DNA of 64,000 bases from Lytechinus pictus (Eukaryota), in NCBI RefSeq assembly GCF_037042905.1, contig NC_087255.1, forward strand, positions 21,700,001-21,764,000, given 5' to 3'. Under the pieces are notes generated by a model. That model saw nothing but the letters and a program-made list of their open reading frames with translations, was not told the DNA's origin and made no database searches. Within the stretch, counting starts at the first letter, position 1; every line of letters begins with the position of its first letter. Below, in pieces: positions 1-22,362 of the stretch. The translations under genes were made by a program, and so were the position numbers.

Positions 1-329
1 ATTTTGAACTTTTTTTTAATGAAGATCAAGTGATAAGCTTCTGTTAAAAGCTACTGAATGTCACTATTTGATTGGCTTTTAACCAATGTGGGCACTTGTC
101 CTAAACTTGTTATCAAGTGATAAGGTACTCTTTAAAAGCTATAGAATAGCACTATATGATCATATTTCTGCCTTTGTGATATAACTTGTCATGAATAGCA
201 TGTGATAAGCTACTGAATAGCAACATCTGATTAGCTTTGAGCAAACTGTCATAGAATTCTAGCACTTCTCTCTAATTCAACATGTTTTATGAAACTGGAT
301 CTCAAATAGAAAAGATTTAGTATTTGTAC

Positions 330-8450
<8,121 letters not shown>

Positions 8451-10524
8451 AGGATGGAAAGATAAAAATATACTGAAAATATAATTTTTTACTTTTCTTG
8501 CAACAAGCATGCACTGTGATTTTTATTGTTTAATGATTCCAAATAAGATGGACCATTTATCAGAAAAAAAAGGTGATGGATCAATGAACACAGGGGACTC
8601 AAATATTTTCTAGTTATCCCCGCTGATATCATTTTCTTTCAGAGACCTACAAAGAAATATATGATTCTCTACTCAAATACATATGTCACTAAATAATGTT
8701 TTGAATACATATCTTTAAATGTTGTATATAGTTGTGTATGTGTTGGGTTTACTTTATTCCTTACTTTTTTTTTTGGGGGGGGGGTAGGATGAGGGTCTGG
8801 GGGGTCTAGCGCACTGAGAAGGAAGAGCATATGCAACAACACTGTCTCAAATTAAGCACATCATGCAGGGAGAAGAGCCTGGCCTTTTTAAAAATGGAAT
8901 ATGTAAAAAAAAAAAAAATGTCTGTTCCAATATCACCCACTAAAAATTCACTATAGGGACGGATCTGGAGAGTGGGGGGGGGGGGGGATCTTGTGGTTGT
9001 TGCAGTAATTGCAGTTGTTGCTATTCGGGGTGGGGCGGGTTGGAGCAAAACAAAAAATGGTGTAGACCACTGAGCAATTTGGTGTGTGTGTCGGTGTGTG
9101 AATTATTTTTGTGTGGCAGAATATTTTGGGAAAAAGCACAATTGCTGCCCCCGTTCAATTTTAGTATGAGACATGGGCCATCATGACTTTCATTAAAGGA
9201 AGATGTCGCACGGCTTAATTTAATTGCCCTCTATAATACGCATCAAATCCAATGGTTCAGAAGTACCTAGCAGACGACGTTTTGACATTGCAAAAAATAG
9301 AAAAAGTGCAAATATTTTTGAAAATTTATTAAAATTGTATTACATTATACGAATGATAATTTTCACTTAATTCTAAATAAATATAATTTATGCTATAATT
9401 ACTTTATTATTATTGATATTTTTAGTTAATTAAATAGTTTGATCTGAAGCTTTAATGAACGAGCCTATATGGTTACGGGTGTAAACAACCTATAGTTTTC
9501 CGAAAATTTGTCTGAAAAAATGGAATAGCTTGGCAAAAATAGAAAATTTGATGCATTTCCAGTGAGCTGAGTTAAAAATGTAGACAATTTAAAGGAGTCG
9601 CAACGATACCCTGAATATTACAGGTAAGATTTGACGTGCACAATCCGATTTCTCGACTCAAGACAGTGTTTACCTTCAGCCCCACATGTTGCAATATATG
9701 TGTGGTTGAAAATGTTTTGAATTAGCATGATGACATTCGTTGACATTGTCATTGGACAATCGTCAACCTTCTTCTTCTGTGTTGAATTCCTCCGTTCACC
9801 GGAGAACTGCAAGCCTTTAGTTGCAGTACAGCATAAACCAAAGGCCAAGTCCCAGATGCAGGTGGCGATGGGCAGTGGGCTCGACTCCGACTCCGTCTCC
9901 GAGCCCACCTGGCTTTAGATGATCGTATGATCTAAAAATAGCTCTTTGTCATTCCTTGGCTTACTACATTCCCTACAAAACTATGGAACATTCCCGTAAA
10001 TTCATGAAATTTATTTTAATTTCTTAGCCTTGGCTGCTTAATTTAGCTTTGTCGTTGTTGTTGATGTTGTAAAGAATGACAAATCTGTCTGGAGTTAAGT
10101 TGATGCTGAGCCTTGGCTTGAATAACTGACTATGTTGTGTCTGTACTGCCTGGTGACTAGTGATGAGTATACTATCCTATGATCAACAGTCAAATATTTT
10201 TCTTCTAAAAGAATTCACTTATTCAATGAACAAGGTTATGATAAAGTTAGAATTCAGCCTGTAACCTTAAGTCAATATATTTAAAAACATCCACTAAATG
10301 AAGCAATATTATTGAAGAAGATACTGCACTCGATATAATTCATATATTTTTGGTAATTTCTATTGATTGTTGTGTTCTGTCTCGGCTTAGAGTTTCTGTA
10401 ATCAATTTTTGGTTATCATTCTTGTCTTGAATTGAATTCTGTGTAATAAATTTTCTTTTTTGTGTGTTTGTTCTGGCTCTACTCTAGATTGACAGAAGAT
10501 TTAGGACAACTTGGGCAATACAAT

Positions 10525-13500
10525 ATGCATTCTAGGGCTTATTTACTTTTGGACAGAGAATATTTCATGCTGCAAAGAGATCCTGTATGGGTGAGTGGAT
10601 TTTTTTTTTTTATTAATAAACAAACAGAAAACAATGATAGCTATGGTGTTGATAATATGAATGATATCAATAAAGTACTTACATACAAATAATAATATTA
10701 CTGATGATATGATGATGGTGATGTACTGTACATGTAGCTAGTGACTAAGTCTAATAACTGACACAAAAATTCAGTGGGAAAAAAATGAAACAAAACTTTC
10801 ACCAATGTGGTGATGAGAGTCAAGAAGTTCACAAATTAGTAAGATATTTCAGAGGAAATTTATGTGATGAATACACATGGAAATAACTTTTTAAAATATT
10901 GGAATTGGTGTGGTTTTTGTTCCTTTCTAAATATGGCCCAAGTACATGTAATTGAAATTGAAATAAAGAGGTTGGTGTTGTTAGCAAAATGATTTTCCCA
11001 AAATCAGATTAATATCAAATGAAAATTTGATAATTCTGATTGACCAACATGGAAAATAAAAAAGAAGAAATGTTCAAATGCATTTCTAGCAAAAATGAAT
11101 AAGTCATTTCTTCATCTCACAGGGAATAAATGCCCACCCACTCTCAGAGGACAATATGATGGAATGGACGGCTACAATACGAGGACTGAAGGGCACGATA
11201 TGGGAAGGTAGATATGATTTCCAGATAGTAGAAGCAAGACAATGAATATTGTGTGAATGTATTTATAAAGAAGTATGCCAAGAATAAACGTTTTCCAATA
11301 TTTTGCATTTCACTTTTGTCAAATAATGAAAACTATAAAATATGTTTTAACAAATGATTACTCTAGAAGTTTGCAAAATAAGAATCCAAATTCACATATT
11401 TTGTAAAATACATTTATGTACTGCTTACATGAAAATGTAAAGATACTTTTACTGAACATATCCCCATTATACCTTTTAATTTATGACTAAGAACAAGCAA
11501 TTTGATACTAAATAAATTAGCAATGGAATATTCCTTTTCACTAGTAACACCCTACCACATGCTCTCTCATTTTTTTTTCTCTCTCTCTCTTTCTCTTTCT
11601 CCTATTCTCTCTCTCTCTTGTTAGGTGGAATTTTTGTTCTCAGTTTGAAATTTGATGAAAATTTCAATTACAGGCCTCCTGATATCCGTTTTCATACAAT
11701 TCCATTTCATCCAAATAGTAAGTGATTCATGTATTCTTGAATCTTTAATCTCTCATTGGTAATAATAATATAGGGTATTTATATTGCGCACATATCCACC
11801 TTGTTAGGTGCTCAAGGCGCTCCTATATTACCCGGCTAAGCTAGGCGTTCATAGCGCACACAGCTTTTTAAGGAATTACTTCCTACCGGTACCCATTTAT
11901 CTCACCTGGGTTGAGTGCAGCACATTGTGGATCAGTTTCTTGCTGAAGGAAATTACGCCATGGCTGGGATTCGAACCCACGACCCTCTGTTTCAAAGTCC
12001 GAAGACTAATCCACTGGGCCACAACGCTCCACAATGTAATGTCTAGTTTAATAGGAATTGAATCTCACAAGAGAAAAACAATAGAGCTGATGTACAAGTA
12101 ACTTGTAATCCATCAGCATCTCATTAAGTGACAAAATTTATGAAACAATATAATTTATTAAAACTACATTTTTATTTTCCCTGGTATAGTTGATAGGCAG
12201 AAAACTGAGCAGTTAGAAACACCTGTATTAAGCGCCCTACAGCTGTAATTATTATCATTAATATACATATTTAATTTGCTTGTGTTATAAGGACTAAACT
12301 TTATGCAATCATTTGAAGGTGAAACAATATGAAGTGATTTTGCCACTGAAATTATATGTTTCAGTTCACTCTCATTGTAGGTATTTATTATCTATGTTTA
12401 TCAGTACCTTCAGATCATTTAATCTATAGCTTTGTTAGATCATTAATGAATTTGTTAATAGTGTGTAGGCCTACATGTATATATAAATATAATCATTCCT
12501 ATGGTAACAAGAAACTTTCTAGTGATATGATATATTTCAAATATGTTTAGTTAATACTAATAGTTTTATAAATCTTTGTTTAACCTGTACACTTGTTCTT
12601 TTTCTGAATTCAATAGTTGACATGCAGACTGGCCGTCCATGTGTGGAATTTCTTGATAATGTAAATTACTGGAAAGATACGTACAGTTTACAAAGCATTC
12701 TGTTAGCTATTCAGGTAGGTATTTTTTTAATATGAAATTACAATTTTTAAAAACCTTAAAATACAAGAAAAAGAAAATAAAAAGGAGATGAAAAGGACGA
12801 AGAAGGACTAAGAAGAAGAAAAAGAAGGAGAGGAAGAAAAGGATAGGGAGACAGAGGAGGAAGAGGAGAAGAAGGAGACAAAGGAGAAGAAAGAGGAAGG
12901 GAGAAAAGGGTGAAGAATGAGGAAATAAAAATGGTTGAGGTTGAGGAGACGTTGAAGAAGAGTAATTGAGGACGGAAAGGAAACTGCATTATTAATCAAC
13001 TTTCAAAACAATATTTTGCAAAATGTAAATGAAACATGTAATAAATAAGTGTGTAAACACACACACACACACAAAAATAGTCATGTTGGAATTCAGAAAT
13101 ACAGATTAAGGCCACCTTGCAACTTACAATTGATCTGCAACCTGATTTCAGAGTAATTTGTAGTAGAATTTGATGCTAAATATTGAGACATGGAATATCT
13201 TTAATACTGTGTAATCGTACAGATACCTATGTTCAAATCTGTGAATATGCCATCATCCTCATTACGTCAAACCCCCGTTTGGAGAAAGACCGCAGTTCAG
13301 ATTGCAAACTGCGGTGTTATACCCCATTTTTCATTTGGATCTCCCAAAAATCATTTCCAAGCCCATATCAACCGCGCTTGGCCAGGTAATCCAGGGGTAA
13401 TCCCCGCTGTCTCAATTTCACCTCCACAGGCCAGTATATGAGCGTTGAGCAAAGGACGAAAAGATAAACAACAGCTGTGCTATTACGTAAGACTTCTCTG

Positions 13501-16500
13501 CCTGTAGCAGGACCCTCGGAATGAAATTATTGTATTTGATATTTAATCACGTTTTCAAAGGCATATTGTATTCAGTAATCCAATGTTAGTCCATTTTCAA
13601 TTTCGAACGAAGAAAATCGACCTCGAAATAAGGAAAGTAAGCGAATAAAAATGACGGCATGTTTTGGAGGGACCGAGGTCAGCGCTGCGCACGCATCCCA
13701 TCGTGTGTGGCCCCCTGCTGTGACTGTATATGCCGGGCTGTTGTGTTTTCTTCGGACCGACGTCAAGAAACAGGTGTTTTGATACTTAAATTGCTTGCTT
13801 GGGGCAGTTAGGGTTTGTCGTACTTGGAGAAGAGAATTGATGAGAAGGGTATAGTGTTCTCAAATGGAAGTTTTTCATCATGCTTATTAGAATAAAAGCG
13901 ATTTTAATATCTAGTCGTAATGACGTCATTGCAATTGTACAATTGGCTATGATTTTAAACTAATTTGGCCTTTACTCCAAAATAAAGGCTGATAATTATC
14001 CAAAATTGTTATATTACTATCCTTTCAGTTAATTTTAACCTCAAATAAAAAGACACTTTTCATGCACATTTTCAGAAAATGAGCAAAATGGGAATTGCTC
14101 CAAAATTGAATCGTGGACCAGTCATAAGCTGTACGGTGGCATTTAGAGGGTACTAGTGGACTATTGGACTTGGAAACTTTTTCTTTCTTTCGAAAAATTA
14201 ATCATTCAAAATATCAAAGAGTTTACATTTGTTTATCTTTCTCAATCCATTCAGTGTATGTTGTCAAATCCGGTAGTAGCCAGAGCAGTAAATGAAGAAG
14301 CAGTTAATATATTTCAGAACTCACACAGTCTTTACAAGCAGATGGTCATAGATTGTGTCAATGCCAGCCAGAAGGTCTTTGGTGAGTATTTTTTTCATTA
14401 TCAAATCAGCTTTATTTCATAATTTCTTTAGACCATAACAAAATATAACATATAAAATACTATATATATTATGTAACATAAACAATAATATGGGGAAAAA
14501 GTATAGTTAGAGTATAATTAGATCCTAGATCATAGTAAATTGAATAAATTTGCAGCAGAATATTTTCTTCCATCTGCTATCAGATTTGTACGTTTTGATA
14601 CAAATGTAATGTTCAACGGAGTATTTGGTGAGTATTACTCTACATTGCAATAGAAGTTGCTGGTATAAGCAAAATTATGAAAGAATGATGTGATAATTCA
14701 TTATATAATATGTTTTGTTATTAGTACTCACTGATGATCTTGCTTGAAAATTCTCATAGACAAAGCAAGGAGTTGTATAACATCAGACTAGTCTGCAAGC
14801 ACATACTCAAATTTGACACTTTAAACCAACTATACCATGTCTAGAATGAAGACTAGACTCCAAACTCTCTGTCTGTATCAAACAGAGGCAGACACAGTAC
14901 ATAGTGCATCTAGTCTCACTGCTTCAGACTCTGTATTATGTGACTGTGCGAATTAAAAAAAAACAAAGGTCTGTGCCTGCAGACTAATATCAGGGATTTT
15001 CTCATGTTTTTTTTATTACTGATGTAGCTGGTGAAACGATTGCATCAGAAGGATCAAGGGTTCACTTTGAGAGCGGAACCGGAGAGAAGGAAGACCCTGA
15101 GAGCGGGGCTAACTCGGGTCTGAGCATTCTGAAGATGGCCAGAATATCGTTTGATGAATACCTTACAACGTGGACTGGAATAGCAACGTCGAAAGCTCGG
15201 GCTGAAATGAAGAATCCTTGTAAGTGTTTTGATAGTGATGCTTTTAACTGATGTGCAGCAACTTCCCCTTTAAAGCAGCAATGAACCAGCAGCCTAAATG
15301 GCGCCACCTCAAGTCCTCGACTACTCACATCTGGCCAGCATAATGCAGTATTCTGAGCTGTGTAGTCTTATAATATAGGCCCATTTGAATAACAACATAA
15401 TAATTCACCACTCAATATTACATTCATACCACACTCGTAAGGTGGTTTCAGACCGCCTCGAAGTTCGCCAGTTCCAGGTATTCTCTGATCGGGAAATTTA
15501 CCCCGATCAGAAAATACCAGGTATTTTGGCGGTCTGAAAGCAAACTACGCGTAATATCCCCGAAAGAAAATACCCGATAAATAGTAGGTACTTGGCGAAA
15601 TTACGAGAACTTTCGCGGGGATTTTTCCAAGGTCGTGGGTATTTTGGCGGTCTGAAAGCAAATTACGGGAACTTTTAGCCCAGCGTGTCGTTGGGTGCGG
15701 CGCCGTGCATGGGTTGCTGCTGGGTTAGTGATTTTGAATTTCGCGCCTTGCTGCTTATCAGACCATACTGCGCATGCTCGTAACTTCAGGAACTTATCCC
15801 GAAGGGTATGTTTCAGGGCGGTGTGAATGCAGGAATAATTAATGGGTATTTTTCAGCCTAAAAAAGTTCTCGTAATTTAACGGGGATTCTTGTGATCGAG
15901 GCGGTTTGAAACCACCTATTGCGTTACCAAGTAGCAAAACAAGTACTTTCCTTTCAATCTGCTGGTTCATACTTTCTTTAAGTCTTATTGTATCACCCCC
16001 CCCCCCCCCTTCAGTTTCACAGTTATGTTATCTACGAGCATGATTGGTACTGAAATATAAAATTTCTATATTGTTATGCAGAAAGTTTGGCCTGTGCAAA
16101 CAGGAAAAATTATAAAATGGGATCAGGGATAGTATAGGGATAACGATAGTGTGGGGGGTTAAGAAACCGTCGTGAGAAAAATGTATAAGTTCGCTCTATT
16201 GTGAGTACAATCAAAGTTTCATAATTCTGTTTTTTGTTTCAGTACTGGAGGCAATTAGTAATGATCCTAAGCTTCAAACGGCTCACTTTGGCCTGGATAT
16301 GGAGGAACTACAGAATCATATGAAACATCAGCTAGAAACGTAAGTCAGAAAACATTATCAATGTTTAAAATTCCGGGAATAATTGAGCCACTTCTTCTCT
16401 TACCATTTTACTTTGTATTTTGTAATGATGACAGGCTGAAAGCTGAAATTTAATGATGATGATGATGATATTAATTATCATAATTCTGATAATGATGAAC

Positions 16501-17676
16501 AATGATATTGATATTAATGTTCATGATAATAATGATAGTAATTATGATATTAATGATAATGTTAATAATACTAATAATGATAATAATGATAATAATAATA
16601 ATAATAATGATAATTATAATAATAATATAGGTATATTTACCCAGGGTATCCACTTCAGTTCTGAAAACTGTTCTTCTAGTAGGCCCTGCTATTATTACCC
16701 CGGCTTTAGCTGGGCTGCATAGGTGCTCAAGCATTAAATGGTAATAATAATGAATCATTGACAGTCTCCAGCTTTCTGTTTTCTTGTTTTCAGGCACAAT
16801 TCTCTGATGTACGGCAAGTTAGGCCCCAAGCAACCCAACAAAGAGCCTGATGGGAAGGAAAAGCGACTGGATCATATTAATAAAATGAGAAAGATATACC
16901 TCCCAAAACGAACAGGTCAGGATTGCTTTAATTCATGATGCAATTCATAGGGATTTGTAATTTAATTTTTATAATTTGGAAAAGTTGTTGGGTTCCATAT
17001 GTCTTTCAAATTACATGTTAATTGTTTAGCAATATAAAACAATAAATAGTGAATGAGGGACATTATCGACTCTCATTTGAAAATCATTGTGATGTGATAT
17101 AGCTGTTTTGTGAAAATATGCAAAGCTTTAAATGTCTTAACTTTCTTATTTTACATCAAATTTTGATGAGATTTTCAGCATTGTGCGCTTTTGATTTTTC
17201 TCTATTGTTTACAAATCAACATTTTCCTGGGTGGACTTGACCAATTTTCTTTGAGGAATCATCTTGTTTTCTTTGGTTTAATTCATTGATTTCATGAAAA
17301 TCACTTGACTTGAAACATCAGAAGTGTGAGAAATGAACACTTTAGAAAGCCAGTGGCCTGCCGGAAATTAAGGGGTATGTTTACTGTGAAAGTATCCTAC
17401 AACGTGTACCAGATATACAATTAAAATGAAAAACAATAAACTAAGTAATAATAAGATTTAAAAGCATAACTAAATTTGGCCTATAATACAAATAACATAG
17501 TTATAATAATGATAATACAATTACAATAAGATTTTTTTCATTTGGTTTTGTTTCATTTGACATCAACAGTTCCCCCTCCATCTACGGCCCCAAGCGAAGC
17601 AGAGGATGCCTGGGAGAAGGAGGTCGATGACCTGGTAGCATGGACCAACGACCTCAGTGATGATCTCCTAAAGTGA
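10525..17676 (+). CDS. UBE2U: Ubiquitin-conjugating enzyme E2 U-like, 328 aa, 9 coding exons
   Basis: Exons 10525-10590, 11123-11207, 11625-11717, 12617-12714, 14255-14381, 15028-15219, 16243-16339, 16794-16915 and 17570-17676 (TGA); 987 nt, all GT-AG and in phase. N-terminus MHSRAYLLLDREY; UBC signature TIPFHPNIDMQTGRPCVEFLD with catalytic Cys; MLSNP..AVNEEA; C-terminal WEKEVDDLVAWTNDL typical of UBE2U. Confidence 0.93.
11761..12030 (-). mobile_element. tRNA-derived SINE, full length, (ATT)n tail
   Basis: Minus strand starts GGAGCGTTGTGGCCCAGTGG (A box), then GGTTCGAATCC (B box). Nearly identical to the copy at 29246-29522. Confidence 0.9.
12780..12980 (+). repeat. Purine-rich (GAA/GGA) low-complexity tract
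   Basis: Composition. A similar tract lies at 21590-21770. Confidence 0.85.
15441..15916. mobile_element. PIF/Harbinger-like MITE
   Basis: 21-bp TIR ggtggtttcagaccgcctcga / tcgaggcggtttgaaaccacc. Flanks taa / tat. Internal repeats of ggcggtctgaaagcaaa. Confidence 0.8.
16452..16627 (+). repeat. (AAT/GAT)n microsatellite followed by a SINE 3' fragment
   Basis: Composition. It accounts for the poly-N and poly-I ORFs in the track. Confidence 0.85.
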
Positions 17677-18215
17677 TGTTCAGGTCAAAATATGAAAGAG
17701 ACTTACCTAGTAAAAGACTCATTCAGCTAAGTTATTGAGACTGAATAAGTTAGCTCAGAAGTCTCAGTGCACTTCAGTATAAAGAGAGAGATTAGTGAAA
17801 AAAGTGTATTCAGTTCTATATGTGTAGACCCTGAAACTGGAATGTTTTGATCTTAAAAGAGAGAGCGAGAGAGAGAGAGAGGGGAAAAAACGAGGAGACA
17901 TAACAAGAGAGCAAGAGAGAGAGAAGGGAAGGGAAAATAAGGTTGGAGAGTAGCATGGCGTAAATCTGTGATGTCATACAATTCAAGTGGGGGATGAAAC
18001 CAGAGTTCATACCCCCTGAGCAATAGGTTCGCCGATCGGATTTCCGCCAGTGGAGAGCAGAAAGAATTTGACAGTTGACATTTAAAGTTTTGCATGTTTT
18101 CTAGTGAAAGAATCTTGTGTATCGGTTAAAATCAATGAGGAAGAACAGAAGATATTCGAAGGAAAGAAGGAAGAGATAGAGAATGATTAATTTTGCTTAA
18201 TGAATAACTTGCTAA

Positions 18216-18710
18216 AGGGAAATTTTACCCTGACAAAAAGTTTATTGTAAAAATAGCAGAAAAAATAATGAAACATATTGGTGAAGGTTTGAGGAAAATC
18301 CATCAAAGAATAAAAAACTATTAGAATTTTAATTATTTGATTTGTGACGTCATATGCAATCAGCTTTCCTACATATTGTATGGTAAAAAAAATCAATGAA
18401 ATGACATTTTGTCAGAAATTTGGAAATGATTTTTATTGTACCTTCAGTATATCAATACACAGATGATTTCACACCTCCTCCTAAAAATAAAATCAAAATC
18501 AAGTCATCACTAACCATTAAAAAATGAAATTTATGCATTTTATGTTACATAACATATGGGGCAGCTGCTCATTTATGACGCACAAATAAAAAACTTGAAA
18601 TTCTAATAACATTCTTAATCTTTAATGGATTTTCCTCAAACCTTCACCAATATTTCTTATCATTTTCCTGCTATCTGTACAATGAAATTTTGTCAGGGTG
18701 AACTTCCCCT
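18216..18710. mobile_element. Kolobok-like non-autonomous transposon
   Basis: TIR agggaaattttaccctgacaaaa / ttttgtcagggtgaacttcccct. Flanks ctaa / ttaa. Confidence 0.75.
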
Positions 18711-21700
18711 TTAAGTCTGGTGTGAAATCATTGGTCCTTTCTATACTTGATGATCAAACATCAAAAGCTATGTTGGTTATTATTATGTAGTGGGTTTGTA
18801 TTTTACTAGTGGCTACTCGTGCCAGATAACAAAAGAGAAACTTTGATTCGTTTCTGGTGAGAAAAAAAACAGTCATTTGAAGGCATTGATATCACTGCAG
18901 CTGCCCCGTCTATTTTCAAAGAAGGATTTCCAGATATTTCGTGTTCTGCAATGCCATGGGAACCGCACCAATTAATGTAAGAAAGCCTCAAGAATCATAG
19001 TGGAGTTTACTTTCGGATTTTTGAACTCCAGTCATTTTGATAGTTTTGAATCGTGTTGAGGAAATGCTCAAGGGCTGTTACTTGCTACGAATAAAGAGAC
19101 ATTTTAATGCAGATATATGAATTGATTGAGCATTTTTTTTCATTTAGAGTATTATTCTGTATCCAGAATGAACTTGTTGATCAAATCTATATATAGGCCT
19201 GCTTAATGATTACCCTAGGAACAACACTTGTTTGAGCACAGAAAATAAAGAAACTGTAGAGCAAATGGTATCATTTAATGTAAAAGATCTGTTTTTATTA
19301 ACTTCGGTCTAAAACTGCAGGATATCGAGGAGCCATTTCTTAAAAGGTGTCAGTTAACAATTTTGTCAACACTGTACATGTTAATAATCTGAGACAATTT
19401 TATGAAAGTTGTCAGCATTGACAACTTATTGTTTTCGGACAGTTACCATAGTAACAGACACTGATGCTGCTCAGTCAATCACAAGCAAGGAAAGTTGTCA
19501 GGTGTGCCTAGTATCCCTCCCCACCTTTACAACCTGATTTTATATTGTTGCTAATCCCCCCAATAATATTATGATTTTTAAATATGTGACCTCTATTCCT
19601 AATGCTTGTATCTCTCCATGATAATGTATATAAAATAGAAAGCAATTTGCAATATATCTGTTTGAGATTACCGGTATGTTATTTATGATGTATGTGTGTA
19701 CATGTATATAATTTTTGTAATAGCAAAGTTCAAAATGAATAATCAAGTTAACAAAAAATCATGCCTTGTACGTTTCTTTTCTGTAACTCTTATCCATGAA
19801 AATGAAAGCTTGCAATGTATTATTATCACTCATTATTTCATTTTGCATTATCAATTGAATTCAAACTTAATGTGTTCATATTTCATGTATTGGAAAATGT
19901 TTTTCTGATCATTGTCAAAGTATGCAAATAGGAGTAAGGAGTAACTTTGGGTACAAAGGTTGAATGTCACAGAAGTCATTTGAAGACATTGGAATTCATG
20001 TATTTCTTTCTCGGATAACTCTAAAGAATCGTGTGATAGATCTGCTTCAAACTTGGCTCATGTGTGCATCTAGGGGATTGACAATCTGATTCGATTCAAA
20101 GGTCAATATATTCATGAAAATATCTTATTCTCATGATTACTAAAGAGATTTTGAAGGATTAACTTCAAACTTGCAGACCCATGTAGAACCCTACGCAGAT
20201 TGAGGTGATGATAATCTGGGCCCCGTGTCATAAAACTTGTTGCAGTAACAAATTTGCAATATCAGTTTAAAGCTTCTGAAATCTGCCAATTTGATTGGCT
20301 GAAAGTAAATTTGATATAGAAATTGTGCATTTGTTAATATAACAGGTCTTTATGAAACGTGACCCTGATTTAGATTTGGAGTGCAAATTCAATTCAATTC
20401 AAGTATTTATCTCCTAATTCATTAAAAAGGACACAATGATAACAAAATTATATACACACAAACAAAATATAAATAACAAAAACAAAAGCAAAGGTTTCAA
20501 CAGAACATAACCGGAACAAATAGTGGTCAAGAGGTCTTTATTCTCAAAATGTTATTTTTGCGTTAATGAAGGAACTGAGCCATGCTATAACTTTGCTGGA
20601 TGTGTTTGGATACGGAATTTTGATGACCTGATCAGATTTCGGGTCCCGACTTGGTCAAATGTCATAGATATCATGGCTAATTATCGCAATTAATTTTTGA
20701 TAAAATGAATAAATCAGAATAAGTATGGTTCATGTATTACTTTGGCCGGGACTATGGGTATGACGATCTGATATAAGTTGAAGTGTGTACATTCCTGAGT
20801 TAGCCTTTGGGAAGGCATTGATATTAAATATATGTAGTTTACGAGAATGCTTCTCGTATAAAATAATCTAAATTTTCCTTCAAAACAATTCATATTTATG
20901 AATTAGATTAAAAAGGCTTCTTCAGAGTAATGTTAGGTTATATATAATAAAGTGTCTGCAATCAGTATTATTACACACTTTTCCCTCTTTTCCCCTATAT
21001 GTCATCGATAGACATCGCTTCTAAACTTTGTTCCTGTTGGTATAGCATCAAACATCTCTTTTATTGCTACAGTGTATGTCTCGGAACTTCGACTTTAAAC
21101 TTTCACATCAGATTTTAACAATATGGTATTGACTTTATTTTCAATTGGAAGTACTTGCAACGTAATATTCCAAGTAAACGACAGTTACTTTATTATCATT
21201 ACCTTGTTATTTCCTTGACTTTAAACCGTTAAGTGGGAACGATATCAAGGATTTCCCTTTAGCTGTCAAGCTTGCAGCACATAGCATAACAAACATTCAA
21301 TAAGAATTATTATATAGGTAAAGCGAAACGCAAAAAAGGAGAGAAATTCTTTTTGAACAAAAAGGAAGAATAATATAGTCGGCACAATGAAATTAGTATT
21401 TTGGATAATGAGGAAATTAAAGAGTTTTTTTTAAATCTTGCGTTATTGAATTAATCAGATTTCAACAACACAGGTGAAGTAGATTATGCAACCAATAACA
21501 TTTATTTGCTGCGATTCAACTTGTTTAAGTTGGAGAAAAGTAGAAGGTAATAATAAATATTAGAATGTAAAATTGACAATGAAAATTAAGAAGGAAAAAG
21601 GAAGAAGAAAAATTACACGAAGATGAAGAAGAAGAAAAATGGAGAAAGAGATAGAGATAAAAAAAAACCAGAGAGAAAGAAATGGAAAACAAAGAAAAAG

Positions 21701-22362
21701 GAAGGAGAAGACGAAGAAAAGGGAGGAAAGGAGAAAAGAAGAAGAAGAAATAGATTAAGAAAAAAAAGATAACTATCATAGTTAGTGCCTATCATTGGTG
21801 ATTTAGTTGATGACTTTCAGTCTGATGTTTGAAGTCCAATCCAGAAACTTTAAACACTTATGAAACGACTATCCTAATATATGTTTTAAAAATCGAGAGA
21901 TTCTCTATTTGTATCATCGTATAAGTCATTATTAGTCAAACAAACATATATGTAAATAAATATAAAACTATATGTCTATTAGTCAAATGGATGACTTTTC
22001 AAACAAAAACAAAACACATTCATAAGGACCTATAAAATTGAAGGAAGGAAAAGGGCATAAGTAATATTCAACTTTTGTAAACTCACTTCCTTTCATTTTA
22101 TGACATGAGCAATATCCTCAGTGATATTTTCCAGGTCAAATATTCACCGGTTGAACCAATTGTAGGAAGATCCAAATATCCATGTTAGAATGTGGATGCT
22201 ATTTGAGGCTGGTCAAATAAAGTTATGAACGTCTTTGTCGGGCATGGCAAAACCCATACACGGAGCCCCAAATTTACAGAGCTATCTGAATTTCTAGGTA
22301 GCGGGAGCAATCTCATATTAGTTTGTGAAATAATCGCGCGTAACCATTTTCTTGCACATATA

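Noticed and set aside
9618-9918. ORFs and a small hairpin (gtgggctcg...cgagcccac) between PGM1 and UBE2U
   Set aside because: No recognisable domain or consistent splice sites. Probably a transposon remnant.
11808-12101. 97-aa ORF and apparent tRNA
   Set aside because: It is the antisense reading of a tRNA-derived SINE whose head continues into a SINE body.
13180-14150. GC-richer block with short ORFs in UBE2U intron 4
   Set aside because: Not needed for the UBE2U frame and no domain recognised. It has weak inverted repeats, but I could not define element ends.
16453-16797. Poly-Asn / poly-Ile ORFs
   Set aside because: Microsatellite artefacts.
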